From the IMG/VR virus record IMGVR_UViG_3300046460_000154, positions 103 to 64,102 of that record: DNA of 64,000 nt; one strand, written 5' to 3'. Source of the stretch: a virus (Duplodnaviria; Caudoviricetes). Below, one piece after another: positions 37,639 to 46,854 of this stretch (the stretch's first letter is position 1; each line of letters starts with the position of its first letter). The translations under genes were made by a program, and so were the position numbers. The notes beneath the pieces were generated by a model. It was not told the DNA's origin. It was given only the letters and a program-made list of their open reading frames with translations, and did not search any database.

Positions 37639-37905
37639 TCAAAACCAATCCGAGCCCTTGAGGCGGTAGGTATCAACCGTCTTGCCCGCGCCGTTCATGA
37701 CGAACACGACGCCAGTGTCGATCGTGCAGTAAGTGCCGTCATCCATGGTGAACCCGATCTGCATCGGAATATTCGGGTTTCCGGCTTCCTGTGACGGAGC
37801 CCTCTCGTACATCACGTTCCGCCCCTCGTAGAGCCGGACCGCGTCTTCTCCATAACCGTCGCCAGCCGTCTTCGTAACGTTCTTGATAGTGAACATCTGC
37901 TTCAT
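37639..37905 (-). CDS. hypothetical protein
   Basis: VFVMNGAGKTVDTY motif. Confidence 0.65.
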   Translation of the reverse strand: MKQMFTIKNVTKTAGDGYGEDAVRLYEGRNVMYERAPSQEAGNPNIPMQIGFTMDDGTYCTIDTGVVFVMNGAGKTVDTYRLKGSDWF

Positions 37906-38239
37906 CCTTCTTCGTGCTTCTGGTGATCCGCGTTTGCCCGCGCGGCCGGGATACGACAAAACCCGCGCTGTGTGCACGGGCTCATGTTAAAGGAATGTCG
38001 GATTTCGAACTTGGCGGGCGAGATATGTCAGGACGGAACGGCCGAGATCCCCCGACCTTCACGACTTGCGCCGCCGTCCTGAACTGTTGCCATGGATGCT
38101 AAGGTGTCTTGTCATCCATGCTAAAGGCTCCGGAATGGCGAGAGGAGCTTCCGAGGTGAACGACCGCGTGGCACGCGACGTATCGAACAGGCTTCCGGCT
38201 GCCCTTGCTCCAGCAGTCCTACTGCACGCCATTCCGAAC

Positions 38240-38311
38240 TGGAGCGGACTGCCGGAATCGAACCGGCCTTGACTGCTTGGAAGGCAGATACCTCGCCTTG
38301 AAGAAGGCCGC
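38240..38311 (-). tRNA. degenerate tRNA-Gly (TCC)
   Basis: CTGC-CTTCCAA-GCAG anticodon arm; GCCGG-TTCGATT-CCGGC T-arm; TCCA end; one acceptor mismatch; shortened D-arm. Confidence 0.7.
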
Positions 38312-38318
38312 TTATGCT

Positions 38319-38363
38319 TGGCGATCGACCGCAGACTTGAACTGCGAACCTCCGGTATCGGAG
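38319..38363 (-). pseudogene. 3'-half tRNA fragment
   Basis: CGCAG-TTCAAGT-CTGCG T-arm plus GTCGATC-G-CCA; no complementary 5' acceptor strand upstream. Confidence 0.55.
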
Positions 38364-38450
38364 ACAATATCTCTCAAAAAGCCCGCAACTAGTGCCAGCC
38401 GAGAAGCAGCCCGTGACGAATCCTCAGACAGCCGCAAATCAATTGACGAA

Positions 38451-38479
38451 ACAATATCGGATAACGTGATGTTATGCAA
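38451..38479 (-). promoter_or_regulatory. putative late promoter
   Basis: TTGCAT-N17-TATTGT on the minus strand, upstream of the leader and terS. Confidence 0.55.
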
Positions 38480-38487
38480 GATGGCCT

Positions 38488-38781
38488 TCACCGCCGTTCA
38501 CCCGGCGCGTAAATTCGCCAATCAAGCCGCGTCTTCACAATCTCTGGCGACGGCGTGTCATGATGGACAACGGTGGAAACCAGTAGGCGTCCCGTCACCA
38601 GCAAGCGAAGCCGATCGAGCAACGTGAACTCGAAGTGGCTGTTAGTGCACATCCAGCCTTCGAGCGCGTCAGTGCCCTCTGGCTCTTCGCCGAGGTGATA
38701 TCGGAAGCCAAATTTCCGCCAGACCCGCTCACGGATTGTCGGGACGTGAATGGCGACGTAACCTTCTGCTCTGTCATTCAT
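38488..38781 (-). CDS. hypothetical protein
   Basis: AGGAGA RBS; DRLRLLVTGRL motif. Confidence 0.65.
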   Translation of the reverse strand: MNDRAEGYVAIHVPTIRERVWRKFGFRYHLGEEPEGTDALEGWMCTNSHFEFTLLDRLRLLVTGRLLVSTVVHHDTPSPEIVKTRLDWRIYAPGERR

Positions 38782-38790
38782 CGTTTTCTC

Positions 38791-39135
38791 CTAGTTCAAG
38801 AGGTCGAGCCCCAGCATCTTCCGCATTGCCGGCGACAGTTCTTTCGCCGCCGCCTGTCCTGATGGGCTTCGGGCCCATTCGTCGCTCTCTTCCTTCGTCG
38901 CATCAAATTCGCCCGTGGCTACCCGCGTAGCAAACTTGGTGAACCCAGCCAGCGAAAGCTCGGTATAAAGTTGAGTGATTGGACACGCATATGTGTCGGC
39001 GTAATCGTCAAACTCGCCGGTAGCGGCGCGCTGCGCGAACGCTTCATACTTCTCGGCGTTCTCGGGCGAGGCTATCTCGGCCACCTTACGAAGCTCCGCA
39101 GCTAGTTTGTCTCGCGTTCTGTGCATCTCCGTCAT
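38791..39135 (-). CDS. hypothetical protein with GEFD repeats
   Basis: RAATGEFDD / RVATGEFDA internal repeat. Confidence 0.7.
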   Translation of the reverse strand: MTEMHRTRDKLAAELRKVAEIASPENAEKYEAFAQRAATGEFDDYADTYACPITQLYTELSLAGFTKFATRVATGEFDATKEESDEWARSPSGQAAAKELSPAMRKMLGLDLLN

Positions 39136-39782
39136 GCCGCCTGCCCTCCATCAAACAATTCGCTGTTGCTCGGGACGGTAAATGTCCCTGCCACGTCCAA
39201 TACGCCAATAAATTTCTTGAGCCGGGGATCGACCTTGGCCTGCTTTCTCAGTTTAGCGCGGGCATTCTTGCTCTGAGCATCGAACTTGGCGTCATATTCC
39301 GCCTCAACCGAGCGGATGGCCATCATGTCGAGGATGTTCATCGGCAGAGCGCCACCAGAAGCCGAGCGAACAATGCCAGAAACGCCGTAAGTGCCGGAAA
39401 GCTTATCCCAGTCTTGGGGATCGCGAACGAACACGTAGCCCACCATGAGGGCAAAGCGGCGAATCTTGTAGAGGTCCGTGTGCCGTCGATCCCGCACAAG
39501 GCGTTTCTCGGTGGGCATGTAATAGTCAAAGCCGCGCTCGTCCAAGGCCCGCTCAATGGCAGACAGGTCGTGCTTGATGTTCGGGACTATGCGGTAGCCT
39601 TTCCCCCTCGCCTGCCCTTCCTTGTCCAGTGTAGTGGATTCCACGACGAACTCACGGCGAGGAAGTTGAGCGCCTGGCGCAGTCTTGATGGCAAACCACT
39701 GTCCCCAGTTTAGCATGGGCATTGCCGCGCGGCGACGGGCAACCATCTTATCGAACGGCTCGATGTCTTCTCTTTGCGTCAT
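39132..39782 (-). CDS. NusG/RfaH-like late antiterminator (NGN domain)
   Basis: WFAIKT..YYMP..LMVGYVFV..GVSGIV; last regulator before the late promoter. Confidence 0.8.
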   Translation of the reverse strand: MTQREDIEPFDKMVARRRAAMPMLNWGQWFAIKTAPGAQLPRREFVVESTTLDKEGQARGKGYRIVPNIKHDLSAIERALDERGFDYYMPTEKRLVRDRRHTDLYKIRRFALMVGYVFVRDPQDWDKLSGTYGVSGIVRSASGGALPMNILDMMAIRSVEAEYDAKFDAQSKNARAKLRKQAKVDPRLKKFIGVLDVAGTFTVPSNSELFDGGQAA

Positions 39783-40360
39783 GCTCTCACCCTTGGGCAA
39801 TCGATGATGGAAATGCGGGCGATCTCCCGATTCACCTTCTTGATCGCCCAGTTTACTGTGGACGGGTCGCGCCCGAACATTCGAGCGACTTCGGACTGAT
39901 TGTCAATCTTGAGATACAGCGCGTACATGACGTAGGCGCGGATCGCGGACATCCGATGGGAATGGTCTTGCACCATCACGTCGTCGAAGGTGATGCCGGG
40001 GAAATTCTTTAGGACAGAACCCACCACTTCCGGGCGTGAGTTGTGAAGATCAAGGCCCGGTTCAATATCTGCCCACTTTGGCCAACTCTTTGCCAATGCT
40101 CGGAGACTTGCAATTCTTGTCCGCTCGGCCTTGCGCTCTTTTGCAATCCGTCGCCGTTCCAAGACGGCACGTTCGGCTGCATCAGCTTGCGCAAGACGAT
40201 ACGCGGCAATGCGGGCCTTCTTTTCGGCTTCCGTCTGTCTCTTGCGGTCTCGCTCCAACTGTTGGGCGCTGGCGCTGGAATGAGGCCATAGCCGCTCGCG
40301 GACGGACGCATAGTGATTGTGCTGGCGGAGGGCTTCTTGGTTCATTGCTTCCATCCCCAT
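39779..40360 (-). CDS. DnaA C-terminal-like HTH protein
   Basis: SEVARMFGRDPSTVNWAIKKV. Confidence 0.75.
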   Translation of the reverse strand: MGMEAMNQEALRQHNHYASVRERLWPHSSASAQQLERDRKRQTEAEKKARIAAYRLAQADAAERAVLERRRIAKERKAERTRIASLRALAKSWPKWADIEPGLDLHNSRPEVVGSVLKNFPGITFDDVMVQDHSHRMSAIRAYVMYALYLKIDNQSEVARMFGRDPSTVNWAIKKVNREIARISIIDCPRVRA

Positions 40361-41004
40361 TATTTTCCGCTCACTATTCTGGTCTGAGTTATCCTTGAAG
40401 GCGGCTCGGGGCGACGTTTCTTGAGCGCGTCGAGCTTTGCTTGCATTTCCGGATCGACGCCGCTATGCGGATGGCTTTTCGAAGCTACTGACGTCCCTGA
40501 AGTCACTTGCCGTGTCAGTTCCTTGATCCGGTCCTTGACGGCTGGGTCAGCCCGCTCGATAGCAATCATATCCCGGCGGCGATCATCCTCGGCCCGCTCG
40601 AAAAGCCGCGAGGCCTCAACCCGGAGCGATGCTCTCTCGGCGAGGAATGGCCGGATAATCTCCCTCGCATGGCGAGCAAACTCAGCACACGTCGGCATGA
40701 ACTGCCCTGTGTGGTTTTCGACGCGGCCGGAGAGAAAATCGTTGGTCGCTTCCGATACGGCCCAAGCCGGGAGATCGGAGCAGGCCAGTTTGAATTCCCC
40801 GGCAAACTTTGCGAGATCGGTTTCCGGCTGGGGTCGAAGTTGACCGCGAAGACGCCCCGCCGCGTCCCGAACATCCGCCGTGTCGCACGCCGTCAATGTC
40901 GTCTCGATCTCGGAAACACGCTTCGAAATCTCCCTGGCTCGCTGGCGATAGCGCTCTGGAAGTCGATCGAAAACATCACTCGGAACGAGGTCAGAGATCA
41001 TCAA
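40360..41004 (-). CDS. replication accessory protein (helicase-loader-like)
   Basis: DLPAWAVSEA..FMPTCAEFAR; follows the initiator. Confidence 0.65.
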   Translation of the reverse strand: MMISDLVPSDVFDRLPERYRQRAREISKRVSEIETTLTACDTADVRDAAGRLRGQLRPQPETDLAKFAGEFKLACSDLPAWAVSEATNDFLSGRVENHTGQFMPTCAEFARHAREIIRPFLAERASLRVEASRLFERAEDDRRRDMIAIERADPAVKDRIKELTRQVTSGTSVASKSHPHSGVDPEMQAKLDALKKRRPEPPSRITQTRIVSGK

Positions 41005-41476
41005 AAGCCTCCATCAATTCCTGATGAGCAGATTTTTTTGGCGCGACAGCGCGTTTAGAAAAAACGTTAGTTTTTTCCTTGATGGTTATGAAAGGATGGC
41101 ATCCCTCAAGCATCGTTTGAGCATCACCTTTTTTTGTTGATTTCCAACGGGTTGCGGCAGCATCGCTCGCCTTCTGCTTTCTATCGACCGCCAATCGCCT
41201 CTCTTTCTTGAGTCTTTTTTGCACCCACATTTTGCTGCGCCCGTCTCTCCTCCAGAAGGCCATGACGATGCGCTTCATGCCCGTCCATTTTTCTTCGGTG
41301 ACGCCGGCAATCCGCGCCAGCATGTCGTCATCATCCGGGAGGGAATTGGTCGGGGCCTTCCACGCGGCCATCAGCAGGAGGAGATATGCGCCATGCTCTT
41401 CCGTCTTGAGGTGGCGGGTGTCCCGCTCGTAATCCTCGACCCAGAACGGCATGTAAGGGAGGCGGCGCTGTTTCAT
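40991..41476 (-). CDS. DUF1376/YdaU-family replication initiator
   Basis: PYMPFWVEDYERDTRHL..EHGAYLLLL..LPDDD..LARI. Confidence 0.88.
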   Translation of the reverse strand: MKQRRLPYMPFWVEDYERDTRHLKTEEHGAYLLLLMAAWKAPTNSLPDDDDMLARIAGVTEEKWTGMKRIVMAFWRRDGRSKMWVQKRLKKERRLAVDRKQKASDAAATRWKSTKKGDAQTMLEGCHPFITIKEKTNVFSKRAVAPKKSAHQELMEAFDDL

Positions 41477-41832
41477 ACGCCCCACTCCAGCTCAACCTTG
41501 ACCCTGCCGTGGCGCTCGACTGGGCCGCGATGATCAACAACAATATCCCATTGGCTATCATCGACGCCGAGCGCCAGCGCCAGCCCGTCTTGAGCAGCCT
41601 TGATCGAGGCAACCAGGTTGTCAGCGTCACGTGAGCGCTTGTCGGGCGGCGAGAACACATAGCGAGCCTTAACCAGACCGCTAGCCGCGTTCTTGAGCCC
41701 GGCTTCGAGCACCGTGTTGTAGGCATCTTGCTTTGCCTTGCGCTTGGCTTCGGCTAGAGGCCGCCAATGCACGCGAGCATTCGGAGACAATTTTCGATCT
41801 GGCCACGGTAGGAAAAGCTCTGCCTTAGTCAT
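41473..41832 (-). CDS. RusA-like Holliday-junction resolvase
   Basis: LPWP..LSPNAR; PPDKRSRDADNL..K..DG..VDD. Confidence 0.8.
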   Translation of the reverse strand: MTKAELFLPWPDRKLSPNARVHWRPLAEAKRKAKQDAYNTVLEAGLKNAASGLVKARYVFSPPDKRSRDADNLVASIKAAQDGLALALGVDDSQWDIVVDHRGPVERHGRVKVELEWGV

Positions 41833-42028
41833 TCTGCGCCTTCGCCCTATCAAGGGACTTCTGGTAGTCATCGCGAATGTCCTGCATCATCTCCAGTCCG
41901 CGCTGCTTGCTGTCGATGTCGCCTTCAGGCCACGGCTTGGCCTTCGTGCCATGCGTCCTGAGCCAAGTGGCGCGGGAGTCGATCTGGCCGTTCAGCCAGT
42001 CTATTTTCTCGGAGACGTTGTTAGGCAC
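41825..42028 (-). CDS. hypothetical protein
   Basis: overlap coupling. Confidence 0.6.
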   Translation of the reverse strand: MPNNVSEKIDWLNGQIDSRATWLRTHGTKAKPWPEGDIDSKQRGLEMMQDIRDDYQKSLDRAKAQND

Positions 42029-42383
42029 CCTTGATTGCCTCCGGAGCGTTGTCGTTGCGCTCGAATAGACGGCAGGCCGAGGCGTGATGAGGAATGAGCC
42101 TATTGGCCTTGTTGAGGATAGGCCGCGTGCAGCGGGCCTTCTTTAGCTCGCAAGGGCTGGACTTGTGCTTTTTGCCAAAGTGCCCCGGTGCGACTTGGTA
42201 CTTTTCGTAGATGCCGTCTTCAATCTTGCGATGCTTGATGAGGCACCAGAACACACACTCCCGACAAGTAGCGCCATCGGGGCCGGTGCCTGCGATATGC
42301 GCTTGGCCAAGGAATGTTGCCGCGATAGCCGCATGGGCCGGAACCGGCTTTAGGCCTTCGCTGAACAAAAGATGCTCTGCCAT
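42021..42383 (-). CDS. Cys-rich hypothetical protein
   Basis: AGTGP.G.TCREC..C..ACRLFE; AAGGAG RBS. Confidence 0.7.
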   Translation of the reverse strand: MAEHLLFSEGLKPVPAHAAIAATFLGQAHIAGTGPDGATCRECVFWCLIKHRKIEDGIYEKYQVAPGHFGKKHKSSPCELKKARCTRPILNKANRLIPHHASACRLFERNDNAPEAIKGA

Positions 42384-42524
42384 GTCATGCTCCTTCGTTT
42401 CAAAAGGGCCGCCGCGCGAGGGAGGTGACGCGACGGCCGTTGTGCAGGAAGTTGCGTGCTCTCTTGCGGGGGAGACTTCCTGCTGGATTCAGCGGGGCCA
42501 GGGGAGTAGCCTCGCTGAAGCTGG

Positions 42525-43154
42525 TTATTTCGAGCCGGCGGCGCGCTTCCTGATTTCGTCGGAGAAAGTGTCCACCGACCCGCTGGCGGCATAGGCGACG
42601 GTGCGGTTCGACATTGACCGCATGGCCGCGTCGTAGCTTCCGGGGACCATGTTGAGCGTCTGGCCAGCATTGTTACCGAGCGAGGCTCCTTGTCCGAAGG
42701 CGTCGAAGTTGGCGCCGATGAAGACGACGTCGAAGTTCTTCGCTCGCATGTCGTCAAGCATCGCCTTGGCGGCGTCCTTCTTGACTTCCTGGCTGGAGTT
42801 TTCGGCGCCGTCCGTGATGATGACGATAGTGGCCTTGGACGGCTTGTCGTCGCGGACCTTCGTCACCAGCTTGCCGATCGCGTCATAGAGCGGGGTGCCG
42901 CCGCGCGGAGCCGCTTCGTCGCTGGTGAACCGGTTCCAGTCGCCCGCCTTCACGTTGTCGCGGATCGTCTCAAAGTGATTGCCGGTGTCGAAAACGGAAA
43001 GCGTGATCTGCGTCTTCTTGCCTTCCTTGGTCTTCGCAAGTTCCTCGACATAGGCGTTCACCGCGCCGACGGTTTCATTCCAGTTGATTTGCATGGACCC
43101 TGAACGGTCCAGAAGCATGTAGGCTTTCATTTCAGTCTCCTTGGTTTTGGTCAC
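42525..43154 (-). CDS. von Willebrand factor A domain protein
   Basis: MIDAS LDRSGSM; GGTPLYDAI; ITDGAEN. Confidence 0.9.
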   Translation of the reverse strand: MTKTKETEMKAYMLLDRSGSMQINWNETVGAVNAYVEELAKTKEGKKTQITLSVFDTGNHFETIRDNVKAGDWNRFTSDEAAPRGGTPLYDAIGKLVTKVRDDKPSKATIVIITDGAENSSQEVKKDAAKAMLDDMRAKNFDVVFIGANFDAFGQGASLGNNAGQTLNMVPGSYDAAMRSMSNRTVAYAASGSVDTFSDEIRKRAAGSK

Positions 43155-43185
43155 TCTTTCGTCTCCTGAGTTTTCTTCCCAGCCG

Positions 43186-43686
43186 TCATGCCGATCGGCC
43201 GTGATTTGGGTGATATCCAGCCGTCTTCTCCGCTGCTTTTCGAACAGCTACGGCTACTGAAAGATCCGCGAAGCGACCTAGATGAATTAGCTTCCCGCCG
43301 TTGCGGATTGAGACCTCATAGGCTCCGCGATCGTCTCGCCAGCGCACACCGTGCGTGCCGGTGCGGTTCCGCTTGTCAAGGGCCGAATTGCGCTGATTTT
43401 CTAGCGGGGTGACATCACGGAGATTACCGATCCTGTTATCGGACCTGTTGCCGTTGATGTGATCAATCTGGCCTGTCGGGTGCGAGCCATGATGAACCGC
43501 CCATATTATTCTGTGAGCGCTCATTTGCTTCCCATCAACCTCGATGGAAATGTAGCCCTTTTCGTTGAGATACCCCGCTTCCAAGGACGCAGGAATGGAA
43601 TTGGTGTGTCGCCGCTTCCACTTGATGGTACCAGTCAAGGTGTCAACATCGAACAGACCACGCAGTTTATCTACAGATACCGTCAT
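43186..43686 (-). CDS. HNH homing endonuclease with AP2-like C-term
   Basis: AHRIIW..IDHINGNRSDNRIGNLR; HLGRF..A..VRKAAE. Confidence 0.88.
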   Translation of the reverse strand: MTVSVDKLRGLFDVDTLTGTIKWKRRHTNSIPASLEAGYLNEKGYISIEVDGKQMSAHRIIWAVHHGSHPTGQIDHINGNRSDNRIGNLRDVTPLENQRNSALDKRNRTGTHGVRWRDDRGAYEVSIRNGGKLIHLGRFADLSVAVAVRKAAEKTAGYHPNHGRSA

Positions 43687-44100
43687 TCACCGATCTCCCG
43701 CAGTTCCGGAGCGATCCGGTAGGCCAAAGAACGAGCGAACAGCAGTACGAAACGCGCTGTAGAAATCCGCGTCATGGCCCACCATGAAAGCGTCGATTTG
43801 GGCGATGATCTGGTCATTGGTGCGCATCTCCTGCTGTGCGTAGACAAGGCCGCTCACGCGTTCGATGTCACGCATCTCGTCGGCATTGAGGGAAATCCTG
43901 TCATCGGCATACCAAGCCGCTGCAACGCGACTGATCTTCCATTGCCGATCGTTGGGAGCGACTTTGTTCAGTTCGCGGGCGGCCACTGTGATGCGCCGCT
44001 TTATCGACCCGACAGTTATCGGTGCGACCCGGTTCTGTAGCGCCCCTTGAGCAAAGGCTGTGCTGTTCATTTCGTTCTTCTCCGAAGCCTTTTCGTTCAT
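43687..44100 (-). CDS. hypothetical regulator (CII-like position)
   Basis: ORF with GAGG RBS in the cro operon. Confidence 0.55.
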   Translation of the reverse strand: MNEKASEKNEMNSTAFAQGALQNRVAPITVGSIKRRITVAARELNKVAPNDRQWKISRVAAAWYADDRISLNADEMRDIERVSGLVYAQQEMRTNDQIIAQIDAFMVGHDADFYSAFRTAVRSFFGLPDRSGTAGDR

Positions 44101-44370
44101 TTACGAAACCCTCTGTGCGATTGATTGGTCATCGCAACCGGGGCAACCGAAGGAGCCAAAACAGCCCCTCAACTTTCATTCCATTGTCAGCGACCAGAAC
44201 CGCCAAGCTCAACGGTCGCGTTTGTCCATTTTCAGCCAGGTACGCCATTGAAGGACACCCAGCCCCGCCTGGAAGAGGACGCCAATTACCGCCGCAATCA
44301 GGCGTCCTCTTCTCTGCCTGCCCCAACGGCGTTTGTTTCGTTGGGGCAGGTTGTCCAGTCGATCATCGCC

Positions 44371-44529
44371 TCACTGTCCCGTAGCCAAGCGCAGGCCAAC
44401 AGCGGCAGCCATGCTCACGGCAGCGGCGATGAAGGTGAAAGTGGTTTTCTCAGTCTGAAACCCGAGGCGGTCCGAATAGACGAACGACGCCCAGAGGAAG
44501 CCCGATAACATGCAGAGTGCGCTGCTCAT
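44371..44529 (-). CDS. small membrane protein
   Basis: ATGA coupling; two hydrophobic stretches. Confidence 0.5.
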   Translation of the reverse strand: MSSALCMLSGFLWASFVYSDRLGFQTEKTTFTFIAAAVSMAAAVGLRLATGQ

Positions 44530-44720
44530 TCCGCCGCTCCCACGAATGAGGACGCAGCCAGTTCGCGAGCCATTGCAGAGTGAAGACGCTCGGCTATCTC
44601 GTCGTCGGTGAGGGGTTCTGCCTCTTCTTCGCGGGAAATACGGCTGCTTTGAATGCACATGGCGATCGTGGAAATGACGACCAGAACCATGAGGATGATT
44701 AATGCGAGCGACCAGATCAT
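44526..44720 (-). CDS. small single-TM protein
   Basis: N-terminal TM; coupled. Confidence 0.55.
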   Translation of the reverse strand: MIWSLALIILMVLVVISTIAMCIQSSRISREEEAEPLTDDEIAERLHSAMARELAASSFVGAAE

Positions 44721-44932
44721 GCCCGTTCTCCTGCTTCGTGACGCGCCAGGATGGACCGGACCTCAGCGCTGAAGACTTCGTCCAGCATTTCAGCGCGGAC
44801 GATCCACGGTGGGTTTGCGAGCCAGAATTCGAGCATTGCGTCTATGCAGACCTTCGCGAGGTCTCCGCGTGGAAGCCCATCCTCGATTGCCTCGTAGACT
44901 TGGCGCCTCATCTCGTCTTCGATCTTGTTCAT
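44717..44932 (-). CDS. hypothetical protein
   Basis: ATGA coupling. Confidence 0.55.
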   Translation of the reverse strand: MNKIEDEMRRQVYEAIEDGLPRGDLAKVCIDAMLEFWLANPPWIVRAEMLDEVFSAEVRSILARHEAGERA

Positions 44933-45144
44933 CCGCCAGTCCCCCCCGGCCGTTTGGTCTGCGCCCGCTCGCACGCGGTCCTGCCGTTGACGGAGCGCTG
45001 GACAACTGCGCAAATGCCGCCAGTCCGTTGCTCAAATGAAATGAACCCAGGCTCGCTCATAGGCTTCAGCTCTCGCCCATCGAACTTTGCGATAGGGATG
45101 GAACGAGGCTCTGGAAGATGTGTGGAGGTGATGGAGCGGTTCAT
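44929..45144 (-). CDS. hypothetical protein
   Basis: GGAG RBS; contiguous. Confidence 0.4.
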   Translation of the reverse strand: MNRSITSTHLPEPRSIPIAKFDGRELKPMSEPGFISFEQRTGGICAVVQRSVNGRTACERAQTKRPGGTGG

Positions 45145-45145
45145 T

Positions 45146-45388
45146 TCAGGTAGACTCCGCCGGCTGTACTTCGCGGACGAAATGCTGAACGTAAGGGCCG
45201 CGAACGACGGCGCACTCGAAGTCGCAATCGCTGGCATTGAGGATGGCCGTGGCCGCCTCCAAGTCCTGCTCGGCTTTGCGGCGAATAATTGCCATCATCT
45301 GCTCGAAGGTCTTCTCGCCCCAGTCCATGAGGCCGTACCTACCTCCGGGCATTCCTTTCATGTGGATGCGCGTCATCTTCTCGCTCAC
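45146..45388 (-). CDS. hypothetical protein
   Basis: GTGA coupling. Confidence 0.6.
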   Translation of the reverse strand: MSEKMTRIHMKGMPGGRYGLMDWGEKTFEQMMAIIRRKAEQDLEAATAILNASDCDFECAVVRGPYVQHFVREVQPAEST

Positions 45389-45741
45389 GTCTTCTCTCCC
45401 TCGATAGCTTTGGTGGATGCATGAGTGGGCTGGCGACGAATGGCGGAGGCGATCTGCTTTGCGGCTATGGAAGCGCCGTCTGCTATGCCAGTGCCGAGAG
45501 GGATGGCGATCTCACATTCCTCAGCCACGGTGGCGCAGTTATCACGCTCAGCCTGGAGCGCTATAGCTATGGCTTCCTCGACGAAAAATGTCTGCTCCAT
45601 CCGAATGCCGATGCCGTTGAGCAGCATCCTCGAAACGATGAACCCCGCCTTCTCGCGAATGTCCGCGTCTATTCCTGCCTTGAGATTGAGAGGCTCGGAG
45701 GCTTCGAAAGGCATGGTGATTCCGTCGAAGTGATCGGTCAT
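45385..45741 (-). CDS. hypothetical protein
   Basis: AERDNCATVAE..IASAIR phage motif. Confidence 0.6.
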   Translation of the reverse strand: MTDHFDGITMPFEASEPLNLKAGIDADIREKAGFIVSRMLLNGIGIRMEQTFFVEEAIAIALQAERDNCATVAEECEIAIPLGTGIADGASIAAKQIASAIRRQPTHASTKAIEGEKT

Positions 45742-46070
45742 GCGGGGACCTCGTCAGAAATCAGGGACCACGCATCGCCATGACGGTAATTTGCCCAAGG
45801 ATCGGCACGGTTGCCGCCAGTCAGCCGGTAGAAAGGATCTTGATCCCATTGCCCTCGGTTGACCTGCTTGCATCCCTTGATGCTGTCTGGATTTCCGTCG
45901 CTAAGGTCGCGGAAAACGTGATAGCTTGGTGTCGCCATTCCGGCGGCGTCGGCCTCTTGCATCAACGCCTCAAGCCGTTCCTGCCACTCAAGCGGCATCG
46001 CTTCCAATGCAAGTCTTGGGATCACCAAGTAAGGCGTCCGATAAAGCCTTTGGCCGAACACGTCGCTCAT
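45738..46070 (-). CDS. phage hypothetical protein
   Basis: YLVIPRLALEAMPLEWQ..DPWANYRH. Confidence 0.7.
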   Translation of the reverse strand: MSDVFGQRLYRTPYLVIPRLALEAMPLEWQERLEALMQEADAAGMATPSYHVFRDLSDGNPDSIKGCKQVNRGQWDQDPFYRLTGGNRADPWANYRHGDAWSLISDEVPA

Positions 46071-46498
46071 GGCTTTTCCACCTCTTGCTCTGGAGAGGAA
46101 GGATGAGCGGGGAGACTGTTAACGACAGCGTCAAAGATTGCGCGAGCGTGGTTTCCGGTCGCACCGCAGTAGCCGGCGTATTGCGAGGGGACGTTGATGT
46201 CCCATCTCTTGATCGCCTGCCAAATGGCCTCGAAAACCGGATCATTGAGCATTTCCGGCGTCGGGTCCGGCCATGGCGCCTTTGCGCCTGGATTGGCCTC
46301 GATAGCCATAAGCAGGCTTTCCGCCTCTGTGAGGGCCGCGATATTCTCGCAAGGCTTCAACGTATCCTCGGCGCGCAAGCCAGTCTTCCCGCACTGCCAG
46401 CACGTGCCGATGAAGACGGTTCCCGGACCCTTCGGGCTGGTGCGTTCGATTGCGTGAGTTCTCGCGGTTGTTTCTACGAGGTGGGGGGTGGAAGACAT
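46067..46498 (-). CDS. hypothetical protein
   Basis: DPVFEAIWQAIKRWDINVP..ATGNH. Confidence 0.65.
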   Translation of the reverse strand: MSSTPHLVETTARTHAIERTSPKGPGTVFIGTCWQCGKTGLRAEDTLKPCENIAALTEAESLLMAIEANPGAKAPWPDPTPEMLNDPVFEAIWQAIKRWDINVPSQYAGYCGATGNHARAIFDAVVNSLPAHPSSPEQEVEKP

Positions 46499-46729
46499 TC
46501 AGACCTCCCTCGCCTTGAGCATGTCGTCCGCCATGGCATAGGCGCTCTTGGCGAAGTCGAATCCGAGCTGCTCGTATTTGCCTTTGGGCGTGTAGCCTTG
46601 ATGAAGCATGCCCATGAGAGCCTGCCCCGCAAACCAATCCCGCATCGTCATTCCGTGCTGGGTAAATCCATCGACGGAAGACGTGGGGAACGCGTGGAAA
46701 TCATTGTCAGCGACGATGTCCCCCATCAC
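46499..46729 (-). CDS. small phage protein
   Basis: AFP..GMTMRDWFAGQAL..AYAMADDML motif. Confidence 0.75.
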   Translation of the reverse strand: MMGDIVADNDFHAFPTSSVDGFTQHGMTMRDWFAGQALMGMLHQGYTPKGKYEQLGFDFAKSAYAMADDMLKAREV

Positions 46730-46854
46730 GCTTCCACCTTCTCTATGTTGGAGAGGGGATGAGCGGAGGCAGCAGACGACTGGCAGCCGGGCGTTGACTC
46801 ACCCATGGATTGCGAGTTCAGATATGATTTTCCAACACCGCAGGAGTTGTAGTC

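Larger units (their letters stand above)
38011..38390 (-). ncRNA. structured late-leader RNA with tRNA-like domains
   Basis: nested inverted repeats (38028-36/38074-82, 38091-98/38113-20, 38131-40/38227-36) inside an imperfect long-range stem (38014-29/38363-86). Confidence 0.55.

Noticed and set aside
38131-38236. Hammerhead-type ribozyme in the late leader
   Set aside because: No CUGANGA/GAAA core on either strand; kept only as an unassigned structure
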